Origin: Nitrospirota bacterium
Lineage (GTDB): Bacteria > Nitrospirota > JACRHJ01
DNA length: 64,000 bases
Assembly (NCBI GenBank): GCA_963698885.1
Contig: CAVOSJ010000006.1
Span: 325,186-389,185, forward strand
Direction of reading: 5' to 3'
The notes below the pieces were generated by a model. The model saw only the letters and a list, made by a program, of their open reading frames with translations. It had not been told where the DNA came from and did no database searches. The translations under genes were made by a program, and so were the position numbers. Numbering within the stretch: the stretch's first letter is position 1; each line of letters starts with the position of its first letter. Of the stretch, positions 1-10,291 are shown piece after piece.

Positions 1-2
1 AC

Positions 3-525
3 ATGACGGATTTCGCCGCCCTGGAGACCCGCCTTCGGCAGTTCCCCGGGATCAAGTTCATAGGGCACGGGCCGCTCTTCTGGGAAGGCATTTCCCTGGA
101 AGGCACCACGGAGGGGGTCCTGCCGCGCGGCAGGGTGATAGCCGGCGGGATAACGGTTAAGCTCATGGACGAGTACGACAACCTCTATGCCGACCTGTCG
201 GGCTATTCGGGCTACAGGGGACTCACGAGAGACCCCGGCGTTCGCACGGCAATTCATAATAAGGCATTCCGGCGAGATACTGTACGGGACCGACAACTTC
301 TTCCTGGGCCTTAAGCGATTTTTAGAGTCGCTTAAGCTCCCGGAGGACTGCGCCCGGCGCATATACGGTGAGAATGCATTACGGATCACGGGTGGAGCGG
401 GAGGGCTTTCGGAACCGAAACGCCTGAATACACAGGTAAGGCCTGCTGGTCCTTCAAATCACACGGGAAACGCGTCCGGCTTGGCGCGGCCTGACACATA
501 CGACACAGTCTTCAAGGAGGATTAG
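3..525 (+). CDS. amidohydrolase-family (TIM-barrel metal-dependent hydrolase) protein, 3' fragment entering the window; reading frame switches between ORF 3..314 and ORF 187..525
   Basis: C-terminal region ...FIIRHSGEILYGTDNFFLG...RIYGENALRITG resembles amidohydrolase C-termini; two overlapping ORFs in different frames imply an indel around 190-260. Confidence 0.35.
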
Positions 526-527
526 CC

Positions 528-2360
528 ATGTGCGGAATTGTGGGATATATAGGCGAAAAAAACGCCGTACCCATTCTCCTGGCGGGTCTTAAAAAGCTGG
601 AGTACAGGGGGTACGACTCCGCCGGCATCGCCTTCCTCCAGGACGGCAGTCTCGGCATCAGGCGCAGCGTCGGAAAGCTTAGGAACCTGGAGTCGGCCAT
701 AGAGGGAGAGGCCTGCATCTCCGGGGTAGGCATCGGGCATACCCGCTGGGCGACACATGGGAAACCCAGCGAGGCCAACGCACACCCCCACCGCTGCGGC
801 AAGGTGGCGGTAGTCCATAACGGCATTATCGAGAACTACGCCCAGCTAAGGACCGAGCTGGTACAACGGGGGCATACGTTCAAATCGGAGACAGACACTG
901 AAGTCATTGCACATCTTATAGACGATGGGCTTACAGAAGGGCTGGACCTGGAAGCCGCGGTAAGGCGGGGCCTAAGCCAACTGAAGGGCTCGTATGCGAT
1001 AGGCGTGGTGGTTGAGGACCGCCCGGACGTGCTGGTGGCCGCCCGCGCCGGCTGTCCGCTGGTGATAGGCCTGGGCGCCGGCGAATTTTTCATAGCCTCG
1101 GACCTCCCGCCGATACTGGGATACACGAAAGAAATCATATTCCTGGACGACTACGAGATGGCGGTGCTGTGCAGGGACGGAGTGAAGGTGACGGCCTTGG
1201 ACGGCTCCGCCAGGAAAAAAGACATAAGCCAGGTAAAGTGGAGCCCCGCGATGGCGGAAAAAGGGGGCTACAAGCATTTCATGCTTAAAGAGATATACGA
1301 GCAGCCCCAGGCGATCCGCGATACCTTCCTGGGCAGGATAGACGCCCCATCCGGCAGCGTCTCGTTTGAAGATTTAAACATCCCGGACGAGGTCTTGAAG
1401 ACGGTAAAAAAGGCCGCGCTTATCGCCTGCGGCACCTCCTGGCATTCGTGCCTGATAGCGAAGTTCATGCTGGAAGAGCTGGCCAGGCTCCCGGTGGAGG
1501 TGGATATCGCATCCGAGTTCAGGTACAGGAACCCTATAGTCGGCGCGGACACCCTGTTCGTGGCGGTAACGCAGTCCGGCGAGACGGCGGATACGCTGGC
1601 CGCGATGCGCGAGGCCAAAAAACTCGGGGCCAGGACGATTGCCATATGCAACGTGGTCGGAAGCACCGCGAGCCGGGACGCGGACGGCGTGATATACACC
1701 CACGCAGGCCCTGAGATAGGCGTCGCATCCACCAAGGCATTCACGGCACAGCTCACCGCTCTCTTCCTGCTCGCGGTCCGCATGGGTACCCTTCGCGGAA
1801 CGCTGGATAAGGAAAAAGCCGCCGCGTTACTTGGTGAGCTGACGGCCATACCGGAGAAGGTGGGACGCACCCTTTCCGTAATGGAAGACGAGATGGGCAA
1901 GCTGGCTAAAATTTTTTACAAAAGCAGCGACTTCCTTTACCTCGGGCGGGGGTACAGCTATCCGACGGCCCTGGAGGGCGCGCTGAAGCTGAAGGAAATT
2001 TCTTATATACATGCCGAAGGCTATCCGGCGGGAGAGATGAAACACGGGCCGATCGCGCTTATAGACGAGAACATGCCCGTGGTAGTCCTCGCGCCATCGG
2101 ACGACGTTTTTGAGAAAGTGGCTTCAAATATCGAGGAAGTCCGTTCGCGGGGCGGTCAGGTTATCGCCTTTGTGACGGACGGAGACTGGAAGCTGGAGGG
2201 GAAGGCAAACTATTTATACCGGGTGCCCGGCACCGTCCCATGTCTGACGCCTGTGTTGATGGCCATACCCCTCCAGCTCCTCGCCTATAAAATAGCGCTC
2301 TTAAGGGGGAGCGACGTGGACCAGCCGCGCAACCTGGCCAAGAGCGTAACGGTCGAATAG
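528..2360 (+). CDS. glmS: glutamine--fructose-6-phosphate aminotransferase (isomerizing)
   Basis: 610 aa; N-terminal MCGIVGY amidotransferase nucleophile, SIS-domain body, C-terminal ...KSVTVE; AAGGAGG RBS upstream. Confidence 0.95.
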   Translation: MCGIVGYIGEKNAVPILLAGLKKLEYRGYDSAGIAFLQDGSLGIRRSVGKLRNLESAIEGEACISGVGIGHTRWATHGKPSEANAHPHRCGKVAVVHNGIIENYAQLRTELVQRGHTFKSETDTEVIAHLIDDGLTEGLDLEAAVRRGLSQLKGSYAIGVVVEDRPDVLVAARAGCPLVIGLGAGEFFIASDLPPILGYTKEIIFLDDYEMAVLCRDGVKVTALDGSARKKDISQVKWSPAMAEKGGYKHFMLKEIYEQPQAIRDTFLGRIDAPSGSVSFEDLNIPDEVLKTVKKAALIACGTSWHSCLIAKFMLEELARLPVEVDIASEFRYRNPIVGADTLFVAVTQSGETADTLAAMREAKKLGARTIAICNVVGSTASRDADGVIYTHAGPEIGVASTKAFTAQLTALFLLAVRMGTLRGTLDKEKAAALLGELTAIPEKVGRTLSVMEDEMGKLAKIFYKSSDFLYLGRGYSYPTALEGALKLKEISYIHAEGYPAGEMKHGPIALIDENMPVVVLAPSDDVFEKVASNIEEVRSRGGQVIAFVTDGDWKLEGKANYLYRVPGTVPCLTPVLMAIPLQLLAYKIALLRGSDVDQPRNLAKSVTVE

Positions 2361-2397
2361 CGCGCGCGAGAAAAACTTAAGCCAAAAGGAGGACGCC

Positions 2398-3765
2398 ATG
2401 GAAACTTTTATCGAAAGAAATGAAAGCAGGAAGTTACAGAAGGCCGATATCTTTGAAGCCCTCCTGGAAAAGATCGAAACCCGCCGGGCCACGGTCGGCG
2501 TGATAGGCCTGGGATACGTAGGACTCCCCCTGGTGCAGGCGTTCACGGGGGCCGGGTTTCCTGTAATCGGGTTTGATAAGGACACCGAAAAGATAGAACA
2601 TCTCACCGCAGGGACGAGCTACATAAAGCACATCACCGATTCCTCCGTCACCGAGATGACCGGCTCCGGCAGGTTCTCAGCGACTGCCGATTTCGACAGG
2701 CTCAAAGAGGCCGACTGCATCCTCATCTGCGTGCCCACTCCGCTGAACGAGTACCGCGAGCCGGACCTCTCTTACGTGTTGAACTCGACGGCGGCGGTGG
2801 CAAGGACGCTCCGGGCGGGACAGCTGGTCGTACTCGAATCCACCACCTATCCCGGCACGACGGACGAGGAGATGCGCTCCGTCCTGGAGAAGACGGGGCT
2901 TCAGGCGGGCAAGGATTTTTTCCTCGCTTTCTCGCCGGAGCGCGAGGACCCCAATAACGGCAGCTTCAATACGGCCAGCATCCCCAAGGTCGTCGGCGGA
3001 TACACCGGCAAATGCCTCAAGGTCGCGAATACCCTTTACTGCGGCATCATCAAAAGGACCGTCCCGGTATCGTCCACCCGCGTGGCCGAGGCGACGAAAC
3101 TGCTCGAGAACATCTTCAGGAGCGTAAATATCGCGCTGGTCAACGAGCTGAAGGTGCTGTTCGACCGGATGGACATAGACGTCTGGGAAGTCATCTCGGC
3201 GGCAAGCACCAAGCCCTTCGGCTACATGCCGTTTTATCCCGGCCCGGGGCTCGGCGGGCACTGCATACCCATCGACCCGTTCTACCTCACCTGGAAGGCC
3301 CGCAAGTACGACTTCAATACGCGCTTCATCGAGCTGGCGGGCGAGATTATCACGTCCATGCCCTATTACGTGATGGATAAGACGGCGCAGGCGTTAAACC
3401 ACCACGGCAAGGCGCTTAAAGGGGCGAAGGTGCTGGTGCTTGGGGTCGCATACAAGAAGAACGTGGACGACATGCGGGAGTCCCCGTCCCTCAAGATCAT
3501 CAACCTCCTGATGGAGAAAGAGGCGAAGGTGGAATACTCGGACCCGTACGTCCCGAAGATACCGAAGCTCAGGAAATACAAGCTGGACATGGCCTCGGTG
3601 CCGCTGACGGAGAAGAACCTCTCGAAGTATGACGTGGCCATGATACTCACGGACCACGGCAGCTTCGATTACGAATTCATCTATGAACACTCGAACCTCA
3701 TAATAGATACCCGTAACGCGATGGCGGGGATAAGAGACACCAAAAAGAAGATTTTCAAGGCATAG
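2398..3765 (+). CDS. nucleotide-sugar 6-dehydrogenase (UDP-N-acetyl-D-glucosamine/mannosamine dehydrogenase family; WbpA/WecC/TviB-like)
   Basis: 455 aa; N-terminal Rossmann GLGYVGLP, UDP-glucose/GDP-mannose dehydrogenase family architecture; first gene of a WbpA-B-D-E-like set. Confidence 0.85.
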   Translation: METFIERNESRKLQKADIFEALLEKIETRRATVGVIGLGYVGLPLVQAFTGAGFPVIGFDKDTEKIEHLTAGTSYIKHITDSSVTEMTGSGRFSATADFDRLKEADCILICVPTPLNEYREPDLSYVLNSTAAVARTLRAGQLVVLESTTYPGTTDEEMRSVLEKTGLQAGKDFFLAFSPEREDPNNGSFNTASIPKVVGGYTGKCLKVANTLYCGIIKRTVPVSSTRVAEATKLLENIFRSVNIALVNELKVLFDRMDIDVWEVISAASTKPFGYMPFYPGPGLGGHCIPIDPFYLTWKARKYDFNTRFIELAGEIITSMPYYVMDKTAQALNHHGKALKGAKVLVLGVAYKKNVDDMRESPSLKIINLLMEKEAKVEYSDPYVPKIPKLRKYKLDMASVPLTEKNLSKYDVAMILTDHGSFDYEFIYEHSNLIIDTRNAMAGIRDTKKKIFKA

Positions 3766-3776
3766 AGGAGGATCAG

Positions 3777-4758
3777 ATGAGAAAGCCGGCGGTCGCCGTG
3801 ATAGGCGCGGGATACTGGGGCAAGAACATAATCAGGGCTCTGCACAAGCTTGACGCTCTCTCATGCATCTGCGATTCGAGCGATAAGGCGCTCGAACTCC
3901 AGAGAGAGGCATACGCGGGCGTGCGCACGGAGACGGATTACCAGGCGGTCCTGGATGACGCCACGATAACCGCCGTAGCCATAGCATCACCCGCCGCAAG
4001 ACACGCGGATATGATACGGCAGGCCCTGGAGGCGGGCAAGGACGTTTATGTGGAAAAGCCTCTCTGCCTTTCCGAATCAGAAGGCGCGTCTTTGGTGGCG
4101 TTGGCGGCCAGCCTGGGGAGGGTGCTGATGGTGGGGCATCTCCTGCATTACCACGACGCGGTGGTGAAGTTAAAAGAGATGATAAGCCAGGGGGAGATGG
4201 GGAAGATCCATTATATATACTCGAACCGGCTGAACCTGGGCAAGTTCAGGAGCGAGGAGAACGCGCTATGGAGCTTCGCGCCGCACGATGTCTCCGTGAT
4301 ATTGGGGTTAGCGGGAGAGATGCCTGAAACCGTATTCTGCAACGGCGGGGCCTTCCTGCAGGAAGGGGTCCACGACAGCACCTGCGCCCTGTTGAGCTTT
4401 CCCTCCGGGATGAGGGCTCACATATTCACAAGCTGGCTGAACCCGTTTAAAGAGCAGAAACTGGTGGTTGTGGGGAGCCGGAAGATGGCCGTTTTCGACG
4501 ACGTGCAGGCCCCGGAGCGGAAACTTCTGATTTATCCGCACGTCATCAACTGGAAGGGGAACTTCCCCGTGCCGGAGAAGAAGGAACCGGAAGCCGTGGG
4601 ACTTCAGGGCTCGGAGCCTCTTTTAAACGAGATGTCCCACTTCCTTGACGTGCGTGACGGAACGGAAAGTACCCGTGACCGACGGCGCGGAGGGTTTAAG
4701 GGTCCTGAAGGTGCTCCAGGCGTGCCAGAAGTCGCTCGATACCGGGACGAAGGTATCG
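3777..4758 (+). CDS. Gfo/Idh/MocA-family NAD-dependent oxidoreductase (WbpB-like); frame switches from frame 3 to frame 1 near 4650-4670 and no stop codon precedes the next gene
   Basis: N-terminal [11 protein letters not shown] Rossmann motif; C-terminal ...[25 protein letters not shown] continues in the frame of ORF 4645..5364. Confidence 0.7.
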
Positions 4759-5364
4759 ATGCCCGAAAAAAAGGAAACCTTCTTCGCCCATCCGACCGCA
4801 GTCGTCGACCAGCCCGCGGATATCGGCGAGGGGACGTCCATCTGGCACTTCACGCACGTGATGAAGGACTGCAGGATCGGCCGCTCATGCAACATCGGCC
4901 AGAACGTGGTCATATCGCCGGGCGTGAAGGTCGGGGATAAGGTGAAGATACAGAATAACGTCTCGGTCTACACCGGCGTGGTGCTGGAAGACGGCGTCTT
5001 CTGCGGCCCTTCCATGGTGTTCACGAACGTGATGAACCCGAGAAGCTACGTATCCCGGCGTGACGAATATAAAGAGACGCTGGTAAAGGAAGGCGCGACC
5101 CTGGGCGCGAACTGCACCGTGGTCTGCGGGCATACCATAGGGAGGTTCGCATTCGTCGGAGCGGGCGCGGTGGTCACGAAGGACGTGCCGGACTACGCCC
5201 TGGTGGTCGGGAATCCGGGCCGGATAATCGGGTACATGTGCGAGTGCGGCGCCAGGCTCTCTTTTAATGGAGAAGAAGCGGATTGCCCGGCCTGCGGCGC
5301 GTCGTATGAAAAGAGAAGCGGAAGAGTAGAGAGGAGGCAAAAAATTGAAAGTACCGTTGCTTGA
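4759..5364 (+). CDS. hexapeptide-repeat N-acetyltransferase (WbpD-like)
   Basis: ATG at 4759 gives [18 protein letters not shown]...; left-handed beta-helix hexapeptide repeats ([44 protein letters not shown]). Confidence 0.75.
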   Translation: MPEKKETFFAHPTAVVDQPADIGEGTSIWHFTHVMKDCRIGRSCNIGQNVVISPGVKVGDKVKIQNNVSVYTGVVLEDGVFCGPSMVFTNVMNPRSYVSRRDEYKETLVKEGATLGANCTVVCGHTIGRFAFVGAGAVVTKDVPDYALVVGNPGRIIGYMCECGARLSFNGEEADCPACGASYEKRSGRVERRQKIESTVA

Positions 5365-6467
5365 CCTGAAAGCGCAATACAGCACCATTAAAGAAGACGT
5401 TATCGGCGCCATGATGGAGGTGCTGGAGGCCCAGCATTTCATCCTCGGGCCGAAGGTTACGGAACTGGAGCGGCAGGTCGCCCAGTACTCGGAAACCAAG
5501 TGGGGAATAGGCGTATCCTCCGGAAGCGACGCCCTCATCATATCCCTGATGGGTCTTGAGGTAGGCCAGGGTGATTATGTCATCACCACGCCGTATACCT
5601 TTTTCGCCACGGCCGGCGCGGCCGCAAGAGTGGGCGCAATCCCCGTGTTCGCGGACATCGACCCGAAAACATATAATATCGACCCGGCAAAAATAGCCGA
5701 GGCGGCCGCAAAGATACCCAAGGGTAAACTGAAGGCGATAATACCGGTGCATCTCTACGGCCAGTGCTGCGACATGGACGGGGTCATGGAAGTCGCGCGC
5801 GAATACGGCGCGGCGGTAATCGAGGACGCGGCCCAGGCGATAGGCGCAAGGGACCGCCACGGCCGCCCGGCCGGGAGCATCGGGGATACCGGGTGCTTCT
5901 CGTTCTTCCCCAGCAAGAACTTGGGCTGCTTAGGTGACGGCGGGATGGTGGTGACAAGCCGCGACGAGCCTGAAGGACAAGCTGACCATACTCCGCGCGC
6001 ATGGAAGCAGTCCCAAATATTTCCATAAGATAATCGGCGGCAATTTCCGCCTGGACGCCCTCCAGGCGTCGGTGCTCTCGGTGAAGCTCAGGCACCTGGA
6101 CCTCTGGAGCGAGAAGAGGCAGGAAAACGCGGACCTGTACAACATGCTGCTTGCCGATGCCGGGCTTCCGGTCGAGACGCCGTATATAGAAGAAGGATGC
6201 CGGCATATATTCAATCAATACGTAATCCGGGCGAAGGACAGGGACCTCTTAATGAACTTCCTGAAGGAAAAAGGAGTCGGTTCGGAGGTGTATTATCCCC
6301 TTCCGATGCACCTTCAGGAGTGTTTTAGCTATCTGGGGTATAAAGAAGGCGATTTCCCCGAAAGCGAGAAGGCCGCAAGACAGACCCTCGCGCTGCCGGT
6401 ATACCCGGAGCTCAGCTCGGACGCGATAGCCTACGTCGTGGAGCGGATAAAGGAATTTTACGCTTAA
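5345..6467 (+). CDS. DegT/DnrJ/EryC1/StrS-family PLP-dependent sugar aminotransferase (WbpE-like); one apparent +1 indel near 5960
   Basis: ORFs 5345..6028 and 6072..6467 are the N- and C-terminal parts of one aminotransferase (LLDLKAQY..., ...GDGGMVVT then [32 protein letters not shown] in a shifted frame); AGGAGG RBS upstream. Confidence 0.8.
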
Positions 6468-6480
6468 AGTGGAGTCAGCC

Positions 6481-7698
6481 ATGAAAAAAATGCTCATACC
6501 TTTTTCCGTACCCTTTATCGGTAAGGAGGAGATCGACTCCGTGGTCGATACCCTGAGGTCCGGCTGGCTCACTACCGGGCCCAAGACGAAACAGTTCGAG
6601 GCGGACTTCGCCTCGTACATAGGCTGCAAGCACGCCATAGCCGTAAACTCCTGCACCGCGGCTTTGCATCTGGCGATGGATGCGGTAGGGGTGGGTAAGG
6701 GTGATAGTGTCCTGACCACTCCCATGACTTTCGCCGCGACCGCGGAAGTCATCGAATACATGGGGGCGACGCCGAGGTTCGTGGACATAGACCCGGGTAC
6801 GCTGAATATGTCGCCCGCGCTCCTCGAGCAGACGCTTCTGTCCATGCCAGAGGAGGAGCGCGCAAAGGTAAAGGCGATAATCCCGGTGCATATGGCCGGA
6901 CAGCCCTGCGACATGGACCCCATAACCGAAACGGCAAAGAGATACGGGCTGAAGGTCGTGGAGGACGCGGCGCATACCATGCCCGCCAGATACAAGGGGC
7001 GGATGGTGGGGACGATTAGCGGGATAACGTGCTTCTCCTTCTATCCCACAAAGTGCATCACCACGGGAGAAGGGGGGATGGTGACCACGGACGACGATGA
7101 ATATGCGGACCGGATGCGGGTGATGAGCCTGCACGGGATCTCAAGGGGCGCGTGGAACCGCTACTCGAAGGAAGGCTCCTGGTATTACGAGGTCCTTGAG
7201 CCGGGCTTCAAGTATAACCTGCCGGACGTCCTTTCCGCTATCGGCATCGGGCAGCTAAGGCGCTCGGAGGAGCTGCTGGAGCTTCGGATGCGGCACGCCG
7301 AAATCTATAACCAGGCCTTTAAGGATATGCCGGGGATAGAGTTGCCGGAGATCTCTCCGGACGTGGAACATTCATGGCACCTGTACATCATCAAGCTGAA
7401 CCTGGAGATGCTCTGCATAGACAGGGGGCAATTTATAGAGGAGCTTCGGGAGCGCGGCGTGTTCGCGTCGGTCCACTTCATCCCCCTGCACATCCACCCG
7501 TATTACCGGGAAAAATACGGCTATGAACCGTCCGATTTTCCGAGGGCGGATGAGCAATACCAGAGGATGCTCTCACTGCCGTTTTATCCGAAAATGAGCG
7601 ACGAGGAGTTGGATTACGTCATAGAAACTGTCAGGGAGGTCCTTGAAAGGAACTATGTTAAGCAAATTGCCGAGACGGGCAGCGGCTTAGCCGCGTAA
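6481..7698 (+). CDS. second DegT/DnrJ/EryC1/StrS-family sugar aminotransferase (PglE/PseC/ArnB-like)
   Basis: about 405 aa; MKKMLIPFSVPFIGKEEIDSVVDTLRSGWLTTGPK..., PLP-fold conserved blocks, intact frame. Confidence 0.85.
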   Translation: MKKMLIPFSVPFIGKEEIDSVVDTLRSGWLTTGPKTKQFEADFASYIGCKHAIAVNSCTAALHLAMDAVGVGKGDSVLTTPMTFAATAEVIEYMGATPRFVDIDPGTLNMSPALLEQTLLSMPEEERAKVKAIIPVHMAGQPCDMDPITETAKRYGLKVVEDAAHTMPARYKGRMVGTISGITCFSFYPTKCITTGEGGMVTTDDDEYADRMRVMSLHGISRGAWNRYSKEGSWYYEVLEPGFKYNLPDVLSAIGIGQLRRSEELLELRMRHAEIYNQAFKDMPGIELPEISPDVEHSWHLYIIKLNLEMLCIDRGQFIEELRERGVFASVHFIPLHIHPYYREKYGYEPSDFPRADEQYQRMLSLPFYPKMSDEELDYVIETVREVLERNYVKQIAETGSGLAA

Positions 7699-7712
7699 CG
7701 GAGCAATACACG

Positions 7713-10256
7713 ATGGGAATCCTAAAAAGGTTATTCGATATTGTGTTCTCATTGTTGGGGCTTGTCTTTCTCTCCCCGTTTTTGTGCCTCTCGGCGCTTG
7801 CGATAAAGATGCAGGACGGCGGGCCGGTATTTTTCAGGCAGGAGAGGATAGGGAAGGGCCTTCGGCCCTTCAAGATGTACAAGTTCCGCTCGATGACCCC
7901 TGAAACGTCCGGGACGGGCCCTTCCATCACGGTGGAAGGCGACGCGAGGGTGACGAAGCTCGGCAGGGCCTTAAGGAAGATGAAGGTGGACGAACTGCCC
8001 CAGCTTATAAACGTCCTGAAGGGGGATATGAGCCTGGTCGGGCCGCGCCCGGAGGTATGGAAATACGTAAACCATTTCATATCCGATTTCCGGGAGGTGC
8101 TGAAAGTACGCCCCGGCATCACCGACTACGCATCCATTATTTATCATGACGAGGAGGAAGTGCTAAGGAGCTCGGACGACCCGGAGAATTTTTATCTCAA
8201 GACGATACTCCCGGCGAAGATCGAGCTGAACAAACGCTACGTGCGGGAGATGAGTTTAGTCCGCGACGTGGACATAATCATGCGGACGTTCGCCGCCCTT
8301 TTCCAGAGCCGGTTCGCGCGGTGCGGCGGGCTGTTCCGCGCCACGGTCTGCGAGCTGTGCGGCACTACGGCCAAACGGTTCTACACCGCCAGGGAATTTA
8401 TACTTACCTACAGGCGTTTCTTCGTCTTCTTCTTTCACGCCTCCGCCGTAGCAATCGCGAATTATATCGCGTTCGCGCTCCCGTTCGAAGGAGCGGCGCC
8501 CGCAAGTCTCGCCCGGATCGTGCCGTACTCGATACTGCTCGTCCTGGCGGTGCGCCTTCCGCTCTTCAAGGCCTTCGGCCTGTACAAGGGTCTCTGGAAA
8601 TATACCGGTATCGGCGACGTAATCAGGATAGTCTTTTCCGTCACCGTCGGGACGCTGGTATATATGACGCTCGATCGCATCTGGCTCTTCGGGGCCCTGG
8701 ACATTCCGCTATCGGTCGTCGTCATGGACTGGCTCCTGACGCTGGCGCTCATCAGCAGCACAAGGCTCCTGCTCAGGATCTACGAGGACTACGTCGTTTC
8801 CGACAAGCAGGGGAAAAAGGTCCTTATAATCGGCGCGGGCAACGCCGGCGAAATGATCGTCAGGGACATGCGCAAGAACCTGCACCTGCACAAGCCGGTC
8901 GGCTTCGTGGACGACGACCGGCGCAAGAAGGGCCTGTCCATTCACGGCGTTCCCATACTTGGGACTACCGAAGACCTGTTCGCCATAATAAGCGAATACA
9001 GGCCGGAAGAGGTGCTTATCGCGATACCCTCCGCGAAGCCCGATACCATGATGGCCCTGATGAAGAGGTTAGTTGAGTTTAAGCTCCCGATAAAGACCCT
9101 GCCCTCCATCAGCGACATCATAAGCGGGCGCGTGAGCGTCAAGCAGATAAAACCGCTGGAACTGGAAGACTTGATGGCCCGGCCTCCGATTCAGGCGGAC
9201 AGGGTGCTGTTGGGCGCTTTCATACAGGGGAGGACGGTCATGGTCACCGGGGCCGGGGGTTCTATCGGCTCCGAGATTTGCAGGCAGGCGCTGGCCCTCG
9301 GCGCGAAGGCGGTCGTCGCGTACGAGCGGCACGAGAACAGCCTGTATAACCTGGAGATGGAAGTCCGGAGCAAGGACAAAAATGCGCCCCTGTACCCGGT
9401 CATCGGCGACGTAAACGACAGGCACAGGCTGGACGAAATCTTTACCACCTATATGCCCGATACCGTCTTCCACGCCGCGGCGCACAAGCACGTCCCGATG
9501 ATGGAGGTGAACCCGCGCGAGGCGATATACAATAATATCCTGGGCACCCGCAAATGCGCGCTCCTTGCCGGAGAGCACGGAGTGGAGCGGTTCGTCCTTA
9601 TCTCCACCGACAAGGCGGTCAACCCGAGCTCCGTGATGGGCGCCTCGAAACGCGCCTGCGAGCTCGTAGTCCACGCGTTTAACGAAGGCTCCTCCACCAA
9701 GTACATCACCGTCCGGTTCGGGAACGTCCTTGGCTCGTCGGGGAGCGTCGTGCCGCTATTCAGGGACCAGATAAAGCGCGGCGGCCCCGTGACTATAACC
9801 CACCCGGACATCGTGCGCTTCCTGATGCTGATACCGGAGGCTGTACAACTCGTGCTCCAGGCGGCAAGCATCGGGGACGGCGGCGAGATATTCGTGCTGG
9901 ACATGGGCGAGCCGATGAAGATCGCGGACCTTGCCAGGAACTTGATCGTCCTGGAAGGCTATGAGCCCGATAAAGACATCAAGCTGGAATATGTCGGCCT
10001 CAGGCCTGGCGAAAAGCTCTACGAGGAGCTATTCGATAAAAGCGAGGACGTCTCCCTGACTAAGGCGAGCAAGGTATTCATGGCCATATCGAAGGACCTT
10101 CCGGACCGGGCCGCGATAGCGAAGTTCGGGCACCTGCTTGAGCAGTGCGTGATAAGGAAGGATACCGACGGGATGCTAAGGCAGCTCTGCAGGCTGGTGA
10201 ATACCTATACGTACAACGGGCAGGTGGCCGCGGAGGAAATAAAGAAGGCGGCGTAG
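7713..10256 (+). CDS. fusion ORF: N-terminal PglC/WbaP-C-type phosphoglycosyl (sugar) transferase domain + C-terminal membrane-anchored CapD/PglF/WbpM-type UDP-sugar 4,6-dehydratase
   Basis: 847 aa in one frame; residues 1-200 match bacterial sugar transferase (KMYKFRSM, VGPRPEV, RPGITD); remainder has TM helices then SDR-extended dehydratase (TGAGGSIGSEI, HAAAHKHVP, STDKAVNP). Confidence 0.8.
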   Translation: MGILKRLFDIVFSLLGLVFLSPFLCLSALAIKMQDGGPVFFRQERIGKGLRPFKMYKFRSMTPETSGTGPSITVEGDARVTKLGRALRKMKVDELPQLINVLKGDMSLVGPRPEVWKYVNHFISDFREVLKVRPGITDYASIIYHDEEEVLRSSDDPENFYLKTILPAKIELNKRYVREMSLVRDVDIIMRTFAALFQSRFARCGGLFRATVCELCGTTAKRFYTAREFILTYRRFFVFFFHASAVAIANYIAFALPFEGAAPASLARIVPYSILLVLAVRLPLFKAFGLYKGLWKYTGIGDVIRIVFSVTVGTLVYMTLDRIWLFGALDIPLSVVVMDWLLTLALISSTRLLLRIYEDYVVSDKQGKKVLIIGAGNAGEMIVRDMRKNLHLHKPVGFVDDDRRKKGLSIHGVPILGTTEDLFAIISEYRPEEVLIAIPSAKPDTMMALMKRLVEFKLPIKTLPSISDIISGRVSVKQIKPLELEDLMARPPIQADRVLLGAFIQGRTVMVTGAGGSIGSEICRQALALGAKAVVAYERHENSLYNLEMEVRSKDKNAPLYPVIGDVNDRHRLDEIFTTYMPDTVFHAAAHKHVPMMEVNPREAIYNNILGTRKCALLAGEHGVERFVLISTDKAVNPSSVMGASKRACELVVHAFNEGSSTKYITVRFGNVLGSSGSVVPLFRDQIKRGGPVTITHPDIVRFLMLIPEAVQLVLQAASIGDGGEIFVLDMGEPMKIADLARNLIVLEGYEPDKDIKLEYVGLRPGEKLYEELFDKSEDVSLTKASKVFMAISKDLPDRAAIAKFGHLLEQCVIRKDTDGMLRQLCRLVNTYTYNGQVAAEEIKKAA

Positions 10257-10291
10257 CGGGAATTAAAGAAACGGCTATGGCGGAAATAGAA

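Noticed and set aside
8321-9076. 251-aa Arg-rich ORF in an alternative frame inside the sugar transferase/dehydratase gene
   Set aside because: Low-complexity Arg-rich translation of GC-rich coding DNA; the overlapping frame encodes well-conserved domains.
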